Of a stretch of 64,000 nucleotides of DNA, positions 44,970-53,295 are shown in pieces. The stretch lies in contig JBGAIN010000023.1 of NCBI GenBank assembly GCA_044225505.1, positions 1 through 64,000 of the forward strand, in the 5' to 3' direction. The notes beneath the pieces were generated by a model that did no database searches, had not been told where the DNA came from, and saw only the letters and a list, made by a program, of their open reading frames with translations. The position numbers and the translations under genes are program-made. Each line of letters starts with the position of its first letter. Position 1 is the first letter of the stretch. The stretch is from Limisphaerales bacterium. Lineage in GTDB: Bacteria > Verrucomicrobiota > Verrucomicrobiia > Limisphaerales > SIBE01.

Positions 44970-46934
44970 CTATTTTCCAGCCTTCTCCGCCAGCTTTTTC
45001 TCGATCAAATCGAGATAAATGTAGCCAGTTTCGTACCTCTTAAACTTGGGATCCGGGTGCCAATGCGCTTGAAACACGGCGTTGGTAAACCATCGTTTTG
45101 CCTCTGGCAAGTCTCCTAGCTGGAAATAATGCCATCCAACTTGGCCTTGGATGACGTAATTGCGAGGATCCAATGCGATTGCCTTCATGAAGAACGGCCC
45201 TGCCTCGTCCGGACGATCGAGCCAGTGCAAGCACATGCCCCAACGAAAGAAATTGTAAGGATCAAATCGATTCAGCTTCGTCCCTCGTTCAAACCACGTG
45301 ATCGCTTCGGTTGCCAAAGCCCGGTAATTTCCAACTCCTTGCCAGCTCGCAAGCCGATAAATTTCGCCCAACTCGGCGGTGGTGTCGGGATTCTTCGGCT
45401 CTACCTGGTAAGCGGCCTGCAACGCCCCCACTTTGCTGGCGAAGTCCCGGGCTCGCGCAGCTCGATTGAGCTGAACATATTCCTGCGCCCGGGTCACTCC
45501 ATCCTGGGCCAGCAGCAGCGCTACCCCCAATCCGACGAGCGTCACCAGCAACTTTCCGATCCAGCCCACGCGAAACCAATACCGCTCGGTGGCAAACCGC
45601 AGATGCCCAGCCGTCAGCGCCATCAACGTTACGGCGACGATGGCATTTGCCGGGATGTGCATATTGAAATCGACCACGGAATGGGCCAGGAGGGCAATCA
45701 GAGAGGCCGCCGCACCGAGCACAAACGCAGAGCGGTTGCTCCGCTTGGTGGTTAGATCGTTTGAGCGACGAACGAATTTCCAGCTCTGAAAAACACCGAC
45801 GCCCAGCAAGACCACAGCGCCCGCAACGAGAATCATGCCTGTTGTTCCCCAATCCGCGAGGGTGTTCAGGTAATCGTTATGCGCATAGAGCGGGCGCATT
45901 TGGATGTCGTCGGGTCGATATTGCCGAAATCGCTCATCAAAGTTCCCAGGCCCAACACCCCACCAAAAATGGTCCTGCCACATTTGATAGGCGGGCTTCC
46001 AGAGCTGTAGTCGAGCCAAGTCGAGTTTCGCTTCAGTCGTGCTGACACCGACACGCCTCTGCAAAACCGCGAGATTCTTCACAAAGAACGCGAAGGTTCC
46101 TAAAAGCAGCACGAAGAAGAGGATTGCCGCCAGTCGTTGACCGCGCTGCCGCATCAACAAGCCAAAGAACACCAATAATCCTAATCCCGTCGCCAACCAC
46201 GCCCCTCGGGAGACGGAAACCCCAATCCCCGTGAATACCGCTAACGAAGCGTAGCCCAGGAAGACCTTGGTCGTGGCTGGAAATCGGCCCGTCAGCGTAT
46301 AGGCCAGCCCCAACGGTAAAATCATTTCCAGCAAGCCCGCCAGGTGATTTGGACAAATGTAAGTTGCCGAGCCGCGCCCAAGATAAGCGGCATATTGAGA
46401 AACCCAGAGAACTTTTCCGGATTTGGTGAGGAATTGATAGAGGGCGTAGAGCGAGAGCAACGTTCCCAAGCCGAGAAGCGTGAGCGAGATCAGCTGCGTC
46501 GATTCCTGACGCGAAAGATTATTGATGATGGCGAAAAAGAGAACGCCATAAAGCAGCACTTGCAGGCATTCCTGTCGCGCGAGATACTCAATTCCCTGGT
46601 CGGTCAAGAGCATCCGGTAGCGAAACGCGGCGTAAGCGATAAACAACACGACCGCCCAGCAGACCGGAGGGCATAGAAGGCGATATGGTTTTCCCAACCA
46701 GACCCGAACCATCCACAATCCTAAAACACCGAGCGTCAGTGTTTGGATGATCAGCATCGGCAGGACGTCCACGGCCCCAAATGCAACTGGGCCAAAGACG
46801 AGAATAGACAAAACCAAGCCGAGAATTCCGCGCTCACACCAACGGTCTAAGGTTGCTCGATCGATGCTGTGATCTGGCTCAAGCCCCGCGAGGGATGGAG
46901 AACCGGGAGAAGTTTGAGAACTGCTATCCGACAT
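44970..46934 (-). CDS. O-antigen ligase (Wzy_C)-like membrane protein with C-terminal TPR
   Basis: More than 10 TM segments, PNHLAG, SRGAW, RLQLW, GVGPGNF, AHNDYL, HSVVDFNMHIPAN, TPR tail. Confidence 0.88.
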   Translation of the reverse strand: MSDSSSQTSPGSPSLAGLEPDHSIDRATLDRWCERGILGLVLSILVFGPVAFGAVDVLPMLIIQTLTLGVLGLWMVRVWLGKPYRLLCPPVCWAVVLFIAYAAFRYRMLLTDQGIEYLARQECLQVLLYGVLFFAIINNLSRQESTQLISLTLLGLGTLLSLYALYQFLTKSGKVLWVSQYAAYLGRGSATYICPNHLAGLLEMILPLGLAYTLTGRFPATTKVFLGYASLAVFTGIGVSVSRGAWLATGLGLLVFFGLLMRQRGQRLAAILFFVLLLGTFAFFVKNLAVLQRRVGVSTTEAKLDLARLQLWKPAYQMWQDHFWWGVGPGNFDERFRQYRPDDIQMRPLYAHNDYLNTLADWGTTGMILVAGAVVLLGVGVFQSWKFVRRSNDLTTKRSNRSAFVLGAAASLIALLAHSVVDFNMHIPANAIVAVTLMALTAGHLRFATERYWFRVGWIGKLLVTLVGLGVALLLAQDGVTRAQEYVQLNRAARARDFASKVGALQAAYQVEPKNPDTTAELGEIYRLASWQGVGNYRALATEAITWFERGTKLNRFDPYNFFRWGMCLHWLDRPDEAGPFFMKAIALDPRNYVIQGQVGWHYFQLGDLPEAKRWFTNAVFQAHWHPDPKFKRYETGYIYLDLIEKKLAEKAGK

Positions 46935-47012
46935 GGGTTTCGCAGCCGCGGCTAGGTCAAGATCATCGCAGAATGCTAGGCGTCGTTTTCACCGGTTCCA
47001 AGCAAAATTCCC

Positions 47013-47432
47013 TTAGAATTGGCGTTCATAACGTTGAGGGTTGTTCGCCCCGCGCCGGGCGCGCGCAATCCAGTAAGTTGCCGCGTGCCGGTCCATGCGT
47101 CGCGAGAGAAAGTCCTTGCCCGTCAGACGGGCGACGATTCCTAACGGAGTCAGAAAGAGATAGTAAAACACCGTCAGGATGACTGTAGAAACCGCGTTTC
47201 CAAGAATGATCCCGAACGACATCCAAATAAGATGGGGCCACCGCAGAAGGGATGGACGCACTGCGCCCAGGACAACGAGAGGGCACGCGACTGCCAACAG
47301 CAATGGATACGCTGGTTTCCCCCGCCAGTAACACCAAACGCCCAGCAACGCAAATACGCCGCCAACAACACAGCCGAATTTTCTCAACTCCCGCGGCGTT
47401 TGACTCAGCTTGCGAATCTCTCGAACAATCAT
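47013..47432 (-). CDS. SxtJ-family membrane protein
   Basis: ELRKFG, WMSFG...ILTVFYY.FLTP.G..R..GKD, YW...RQF; lies directly after the carbamoyltransferase. Confidence 0.8.
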   Translation of the reverse strand: MIVREIRKLSQTPRELRKFGCVVGGVFALLGVWCYWRGKPAYPLLLAVACPLVVLGAVRPSLLRWPHLIWMSFGIILGNAVSTVILTVFYYLFLTPLGIVARLTGKDFLSRRMDRHAATYWIARARRGANNPQRYERQF

Positions 47433-47440
47433 ACGCTCGC

Positions 47441-49258
47441 TCAGTCCAACTCGAACTCCCGCAGCCAATCGAGGTCCTTGTCGAGGGGCCGCTGCTCTTT
47501 CTTTTCCAGCATGAACCGATTCATCACCAGGTAATCCATATTGGTGCGCATAAAACACCGGTAGGCGTCCTGCGGCGAGCACACGATTGGCTCACCGCGC
47601 ACATTGAAAGACGTATTGATCAGGACTGGGCAATTCGTCTTTTCCTCGAACCGCTTCAGCAAACGGTAGAACAGCGGATTTTGGGCTTCCGACACCGTTT
47701 GCACCCGCGCCGAGAAGTCAACGTGCGTCACCGCCGGCACGGTGGAACGAACCGTCAGTAATTTCTGCAGACCGAACTTTTCCTTCTGATCTTGGGCGAC
47801 CTCGCGACGCTTTGACTCGCTCACTGGAGCGACCAACAACATGTAAGGGCTTTCGGTATGGAGATCGAAATACTCCGACGCTCGCTCCTCGAGAACACTC
47901 GGCGCGAACGGTCGAAAACTCTCCCGAAACTTGATTTTCAAGTTCATGATCTCCTGCATTTGCGATGAGCGCGCATCGCCAATAATAGATCGGTTTCCCA
48001 AAGCGCGAGGACCAAACTCCATCCGGCCTTGAAACCACCCAATGACCTTGTCGACCGCAATCAGATTGGTGACCCGGTCCAACAGGTCCGCTTCGGAAAG
48101 TTCGACAAACGCCACCCCTTGCTGTTGAAGAAAATCTCGAATTTCCTGATCGCTATAGCCGGGACCTAAGAGCGAGCTCTTCTGCAGGTCTGTCCGGCCG
48201 TCGACCTTGCGTTTGTTGCCCAAATACTGGTGCCAGGTCAACAGCGCGGCGCCGAGAGCGCCGCCCGCATCTCCAGCTGCAGGCTGAAGCCAAATCTTTT
48301 CGAAGATCCCTTCGCGAAGGATCAAGCCGTTAGCCACGCAATTCAGCGCCACGCCTCCAGCGAGACAAAGGTTGCGTTGTCCGGTCTCGCGTCGAACCTG
48401 CCGCGCCATGCGGAGCATGATTTCGTCAGTCACCGCTTGGATCGAACTCGCAATGTCCATGTCCCGCTGGGTCAACGGCGATTCTGGTCGCCGAGGCGGC
48501 CCGCCGAAGAGCCGATGGAATCTTGAATGCGTCATGGTGAGACCGACTCCATAGTCAAAGAACTCCATGTTCAGCCGGAATGAACCATCGGGTTTCAAAT
48601 CGATCAACTCGCGTAGGATCACTTCCTTGAAGCGAGGCTCACCGTAAGGCGCCAACCCCATCAATTTGTATTCGCCGGAGTTCACTCGGAACCCGGCATA
48701 GTAAGTAAACGCGGAGTAGAGCAGACCCAACGAATGGGGAAAGCGCATCTCCGCATGAATCTCCAGGGCGTTGCCTTGGCCGACGCCAAAGCTGGTGGTA
48801 GTCCACTCCCCTACCCCGTCGACGGTCAAGAAGGCCGCTTCTTCAAAGGGTGACGCGAAAAAAGCGGAAGCAGCATGCGATTCGTGGTGTTCGGGAAAAA
48901 GCATCTTGCCGCTGAATCCCAACTCCTTTTCCAGCTCTGATTTGATCCAAATCTTCTCTTTAATCCAAAGCGGAATGGCTTTCAGAAATGTCCGAATCCC
49001 AGCGGGTGCATAGGCGAGAAAAGAATGCAGAATACGATCGAATTTGACGAACGGCTTTTCGTAAAAAGCGACGTAGTCAATGTCCCGGATGGCGATGCGT
49101 CCTTCGCGGAGGCAGTAATCGATCGCATGACGAGGGAATCGTTCGTCATGCTTCTTGCGGGTGAATCGCTCCTCCTGGGCGGCGGCCAAAATCTGACCGT
49201 CCCGGACCAGGCAGGCAGCGCTGTCGTGATAATAAGCCGAGATGCCGAGGATATTCAT
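47441..49258 (-). CDS. O-carbamoyltransferase (NodU/CmcH/TobZ/SxtI family)
   Basis: ILGISAYYHDSAA, EERFTRKKH, HHESHAASAF, DGVGE, GEYKLMGLAPYG, GGVALNC, EFGPRALGNRS, NTSFNVRGEPIV. Confidence 0.95.
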   Translation of the reverse strand: MNILGISAYYHDSAACLVRDGQILAAAQEERFTRKKHDERFPRHAIDYCLREGRIAIRDIDYVAFYEKPFVKFDRILHSFLAYAPAGIRTFLKAIPLWIKEKIWIKSELEKELGFSGKMLFPEHHESHAASAFFASPFEEAAFLTVDGVGEWTTTSFGVGQGNALEIHAEMRFPHSLGLLYSAFTYYAGFRVNSGEYKLMGLAPYGEPRFKEVILRELIDLKPDGSFRLNMEFFDYGVGLTMTHSRFHRLFGGPPRRPESPLTQRDMDIASSIQAVTDEIMLRMARQVRRETGQRNLCLAGGVALNCVANGLILREGIFEKIWLQPAAGDAGGALGAALLTWHQYLGNKRKVDGRTDLQKSSLLGPGYSDQEIRDFLQQQGVAFVELSEADLLDRVTNLIAVDKVIGWFQGRMEFGPRALGNRSIIGDARSSQMQEIMNLKIKFRESFRPFAPSVLEERASEYFDLHTESPYMLLVAPVSESKRREVAQDQKEKFGLQKLLTVRSTVPAVTHVDFSARVQTVSEAQNPLFYRLLKRFEEKTNCPVLINTSFNVRGEPIVCSPQDAYRCFMRTNMDYLVMNRFMLEKKEQRPLDKDLDWLREFELD

Positions 49259-49338
49259 GGGCTCGGCCGGCAGGAGGGGTTACGGCAGCCCTATGGCCAG
49301 CCTGCCGCCCTCCCGCCGTATCTCGACCAAAGCCATCG

Positions 49339-50706
49339 TCAGATGAATTCCCTCGGATCCGTAATCTTGCCCGTGAGCGCACTGGCTGCCACCGTCGCCG
49401 GACTGGCGAGAAACACTTGGCTCTCTTTGTGGCCCATCCGTCCCGGGAAGTTTCGGTTCGTGGCACTGATACACTTCAGCGGCTTATTCATTCGTCCAAA
49501 AGTGTCCACCGGGCCGCCGAGACACGCCGCACAACTCGCGTTCTCAGTCATCTGCACGCCTGAGTCCACCAAAATGTCCCATACCGTCTTGTTGCCCCAA
49601 CGAGCATTCTGTAAGTCACGCACAATCTCGGGCGTCGCCGGAACGCCGAAAGTATCGATCGTGACCCGTTTGCCCTGCAGCAATCGCGCGAACTCCAGAA
49701 AATCGCTCGTCTTGCCGCCCGTGCAAGATCCGATATATGCCCGATCCAATCGAACATTTGCCATTTCTTTAGCTAGTTTCCGTTGTCCCGGGTCCGGATG
49801 ACAAGCCACGGTCGGTTCAAGCTTGGACAAGTCGAGGACCATCTCGAAAACAAACCTCTCGTCCCGATCTCTCTCGACCGGGTCATAACTAGACTTGGTC
49901 CCGTTCAGCTTTGTTCGATGGTCCACAAAAGCTTTGGTCTGGGCATCGAACTCGAAGATACCGTTCTTGCCGCCCGCTTCGATGGCCATGTTCGCGATCG
50001 TCATGCGATCATCCATCGAAAGGTTTGCAATGCCGGAACCGTCAAACTGCATGGCTCGATACGTGGCGCCGTCGAATCCGATTTCGCCAATGCAATGCAA
50101 AATCACGTCCTTCGCCATAACCCCAGGTTGCAGCTTGCCTTCCAAACGGAAATGCATGGTCTCAGGAACTTTGAGCAAAAGTTTACCCGTGCCCATTACA
50201 AACCCGGCATCGGTGTTCCCAATGCCCGTCGCGAACTCATTGAACGCTCCCGCCATGCAGGTGTGAGAATCCGTGCCGAAGAGGATTTCCCCAGGACGCG
50301 TGTGACCTTTTTGAGGAAGGGCCGTATGGCAGACCCCGGCAAAATTCGATCCGTACTGGCGTTTTAGAACTCCTTTGGCCGCGTCAAAGACCCAATGGCC
50401 ATTCGGATCATCGATGACGTCATAGAAGTAGGGAAGGCCCTGCTCACGCACGAAGTCGCGCAAGATATCGACATTCCGGTTAGACTTCGAATCCGCCGTG
50501 AAGATGTAATGATCCGGAATGATCACGACTTTGTTTCGATCCCAAACCTTTGCCTCTGCTCCAAACTCCCTTTTGAAAACTCCAATCGTGCCCGGACCGC
50601 AGACGTCGTGGGTCATCAAAATATCCGCGTTCACCCAAACATTGTCTCCGGCTTGAACCCGGGCTTTGCCAGCAGCCCGTGCCAGGATTTTCTCTGTGAG
50701 CGTCAT
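49339..50706 (-). CDS. leuC: 3-isopropylmalate dehydratase / homoaconitase-family large subunit
   Basis: MTLTEKIL, IPDH, GTDSHT, IGSCTGG, SCAACLG, TNRNFPGRMG. Confidence 0.88.
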   Translation of the reverse strand: MTLTEKILARAAGKARVQAGDNVWVNADILMTHDVCGPGTIGVFKREFGAEAKVWDRNKVVIIPDHYIFTADSKSNRNVDILRDFVREQGLPYFYDVIDDPNGHWVFDAAKGVLKRQYGSNFAGVCHTALPQKGHTRPGEILFGTDSHTCMAGAFNEFATGIGNTDAGFVMGTGKLLLKVPETMHFRLEGKLQPGVMAKDVILHCIGEIGFDGATYRAMQFDGSGIANLSMDDRMTIANMAIEAGGKNGIFEFDAQTKAFVDHRTKLNGTKSSYDPVERDRDERFVFEMVLDLSKLEPTVACHPDPGQRKLAKEMANVRLDRAYIGSCTGGKTSDFLEFARLLQGKRVTIDTFGVPATPEIVRDLQNARWGNKTVWDILVDSGVQMTENASCAACLGGPVDTFGRMNKPLKCISATNRNFPGRMGHKESQVFLASPATVAASALTGKITDPREFI

Positions 50707-50974
50707 AATCGAAAAATGGACTTACGTTAGTCGAAAAGACTAACGTTGCGCACGCGGCAGCGCAACTGTGGAAACGAAACAGATCCACATAGATCGGCTG
50801 TGGATCCAGGGACCTCATTACGGAAGGAGCGGTTCAGACTAGGGGGAGAGACCAAACGGCCGGACAATGAACCTGTGACCGGCGTGGGATTCGCGTGGAG
50901 AGGCTGTCAAGGCCCGGATTGAATGCGGTCCGCGAACGTAATCCTGCGGCACGGCGTGCCCAGAAAACGCCTTC

Positions 50975-51025
50975 AATAAAAACAAAAACCGGGTTTCTAA
51001 GTCAGAGGGTGACCGAGAAACCCGG
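50975..51025 (-). terminator. Intrinsic terminator
   Basis: CCGGGTTTCT...AGAAACCCGG 10-bp stem followed on the minus strand by TTTTTGTTTTT. Confidence 0.8.
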
Positions 51026-51146
51026 GGAGTTTTCAGAATCAGTACAACAGAGGCTCTTGGGGAATAATCGATATCAGCTGTACAGAACCAATACCGAAAT
51101 CTGTTGGGCTTCAAAGATCAACCCGTAACTTATAGCCCGAAATTCA
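50980..51146 (-). ncRNA. Candidate structured small RNA or attenuator leader (about 165 nt)
   Basis: Bounded by a TTGACA promoter and an intrinsic terminator, contains several internal stems, and has no long ORF. Confidence 0.45.
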
Positions 51147-51151
51147 ATGGA

Positions 51152-51180
51152 ACTAAATCATCCTTTGCGGAACCTGTCAA
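51152..51180 (-). promoter_or_regulatory. sigma70 promoter of the candidate RNA
   Basis: Minus strand TTGACA-17 nt-TTTAGT, with an extended -10 TG. Confidence 0.55.
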
Positions 51181-51407
51181 GCCCCCTGATAAACAAATCT
51201 TTGGTTAACCTGCTCGAGCACTCGGGGCGCCCCCGAGTCGAGAGCTTAGAACGTGGGTTTGAAATAAGACATTCCAAGATGCTACTCGAACTAGTTACCG
51301 ACGGCAGAACCTGCGGCTGATTCACTTACAATTTGAACGATGATTTTCGTGACGCATTGACACCTCTGTCGGGCCTATGTTACTTTCCGCGCCAACTGGA
51401 CGAGGTT

Positions 51408-52028
51408 ATGAGCTCATTCCTCAATCAGCAGGTGCTGGTGCTCAATCGCCTGTGGCAGGCTGTAAATGTTTGCACTGCGAGACGGGCTCTTTCTCTGCTC
51501 TTCGAGGGCCATGCCCAGGCTGTCCTCGGCATGTCGGACGGTTCTTTCCAGACTTTTAATTTCAACGAGTGGACGGATCTATCCGAGCAGGAGCCGCATC
51601 CCGAGAGCATCCGCACAATCTCATTTCAAGTGAGGGTTCCGCGCGTCATTCTGCTTCTCTTTTTTGACCGATTGCCAAAGAAAGAGGTTAAGTTTACGCG
51701 ACACAATATTTTCGAACGAGATCAGAATACTTGCCAATATTGCGGGCGTGTTTTCGACCGGAAAGATCTCAATCTGGATCACGTGGTTCCAAGAGATCGC
51801 GGAGGTCCGACGACTTGGGAGAATATCGTTTGCTCCTGCATTGCCTGCAATACCCATAAGGCGAACAGGACTCCGCAAGAGGCTGGGTTACACCTCATCC
51901 GGAAACCGAAACGGCCCAAGTGGCGTCCTTTTATCCAGGTGAATCTTGGTCTGAGCTGCCATGACAGCTGGAAGCATTTTCTCGATCTCGCTTATTGGAA
52001 CGTGGAGATCGGAGAAGACCCGCATTAG
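51408..52028 (+). CDS. HNH endonuclease (McrA-like, COG1403 type)
   Basis: VLVLNR, RHNIFERDQNTCQYCG, LDHVVPRDRGG...WENIVCSCIACNTHK; TTGACA box at 51357. Confidence 0.9.
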   Translation: MSSFLNQQVLVLNRLWQAVNVCTARRALSLLFEGHAQAVLGMSDGSFQTFNFNEWTDLSEQEPHPESIRTISFQVRVPRVILLLFFDRLPKKEVKFTRHNIFERDQNTCQYCGRVFDRKDLNLDHVVPRDRGGPTTWENIVCSCIACNTHKANRTPQEAGLHLIRKPKRPKWRPFIQVNLGLSCHDSWKHFLDLAYWNVEIGEDPH

Positions 52029-52062
52029 CAGTCCTCCGCTTTGCCCCGCTTGGCAGAATGAC

Positions 52063-52434
52063 TTACAGGCGGGAGGGCTCCGTTTTCGCAGCTTCGATTA
52101 GGTCCCAGAATTTCGGATTGGCCTGAAGCGCTGCGTCTTCGCCGAGCGGCAGGCGCGATCGGAAGAGAAAATCCTTCAGCGAGTTGCGATTCAGAATCCG
52201 ATGAACCACAATGCCCAGTTCGTGCCGCTGAAAGTAAACCCGATAATCCCCCAAGCGGAATCGGTGTAACGCCTTTCCGTCCCGTTCGAGTTTCCCATAT
52301 CGTTCCAACTCGGAGTTCAACACGTCCTGGGGAAGGCCACGGAATTCGCCCAAAATATAAAGCTGCAGCTCCTTTGGCATCCGCGCGAGCTCCGCCGCGC
52401 TCGTTGGGTTGAAGATGATTTGAAAGGGCCGCAT
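52063..52434 (-). CDS. RelE/ParE-fold protein with a C-terminal extension
   Basis: FQIIFNPTSAAELARMP, LHRFRLGDYRVYF, VVHRI. Confidence 0.7.
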   Translation of the reverse strand: MRPFQIIFNPTSAAELARMPKELQLYILGEFRGLPQDVLNSELERYGKLERDGKALHRFRLGDYRVYFQRHELGIVVHRILNRNSLKDFLFRSRLPLGEDAALQANPKFWDLIEAAKTEPSRL

Positions 52435-52541
52435 AGCGGTTCCGCTGGTCGATCGATTCACGCGCAAAGATCGACGCCATGTCAGTCATGGGAATTCAAC
52501 CTGTGTGAACTCAGTTCTACAACCCCGCTGAATGAGCGAAG

Positions 52542-52616
52542 TGGTAGCGCGTACGGGAATCGAACCCGTCTTTCAGCCTTGAGAGGGCCGTGTCCTAACC
52601 GATAGACGAACGCGCC
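52542..52616 (-). tRNA. tRNA-Glu (anticodon CTC)
   Basis: Reverse complement reads GGCGCGTTCGTCTATCGGTTAGGACACGGCCCTCTCAAGGCTGAAAGACGGGTTCGATTCCCGTACGCGCTACCA. Confidence 0.96.
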
Positions 52617-52640
52617 AAAGTGGATCCCAAAGTGTGTGAA

Positions 52641-52668
52641 ATGCTAGAGTGGGAGGTCCGAATGTCAA
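52641..52668 (-). promoter_or_regulatory. sigma70 promoter of tRNA-Glu
   Basis: Minus strand TTGACA-16 nt-TAGCAT. Confidence 0.65.
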
Positions 52669-52680
52669 TCCCGGAAAAGG

Positions 52681-52706
52681 AAAAGCCGCCCTTTTGGGGC
52701 GGCTTT
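52681..52706 (-). terminator. Intrinsic terminator after the PEP-CTERM gene
   Basis: AAAGCCGCCC-TTTTG-GGGCGGCTTT stem with a T tract. Confidence 0.8.
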
Positions 52707-52728
52707 GTGAGAACGCACTAACTTAATG

Positions 52729-53253
52729 TTACTTGCGACGGCGGAACATCAGCAACGCTCCGACACCGAGGGCGCCGAGAGCCAATGTTGCCGGTTCAGG
52801 AACCTGATTGATCACAAGGGGCGAGGTGCCCAATTGCAGGTTCGGAGGAGTGGCCGTGCCACCACCCAAGCCGTTCACGGTGTAAGGACCGAAGTCTTGG
52901 CTAAGGCCACCAGGTCCGAGAACGCGAACGAGGACGCTGGCGTTACCGCCGATCGCCACGCCAGGAACGGTTGGGGTGACCGAGGTCACATACCCTGCCG
53001 TCGTTGTTCCAGCTGCGCCACGGAAAGTGGTGCTAGCAGGATCCAGAGCCACGAGGGAACCCCCCACCGGGCCGCCGAGCAATGAAACTGTGTAGTCGGG
53101 ACTTCCGATCGAGCTGGTGCCAGTTGCGTCGCTCGAACTTACGAACCGGGCATTCACTTCAGTCCCGATGCGGTTGTTGAACACGAACTGCCCCTGACCA
53201 TAGGCAGCAATGGAGACCATTAACGCTGCCAGTGCGATGATTAGCTTTTTCAT
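52729..53253 (-). CDS. PEP-CTERM sorting-domain surface protein
   Basis: Signal peptide; C-terminus VPEP + TM + RRRK. Confidence 0.95.
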   Translation of the reverse strand: MKKLIIALAALMVSIAAYGQGQFVFNNRIGTEVNARFVSSSDATGTSSIGSPDYTVSLLGGPVGGSLVALDPASTTFRGAAGTTTAGYVTSVTPTVPGVAIGGNASVLVRVLGPGGLSQDFGPYTVNGLGGGTATPPNLQLGTSPLVINQVPEPATLALGALGVGALLMFRRRK

Positions 53254-53295
53254 AGTTGGTTAAGTTAGTACTGCTCTCGATTCTGACTAGTCTGC

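Noticed and set aside
47013..49258. Saxitoxin biosynthesis cluster
   Set aside because: Only sxtI/sxtJ-family homologues are present, with no sxtA, sxtG or other pathway genes.
51408..52028. IscB/Cas9-like RNA-guided nuclease
   Set aside because: The protein is only 206 aa with no RuvC or PLMP motifs, and there is no repeat array. It is the common stand-alone HNH type.
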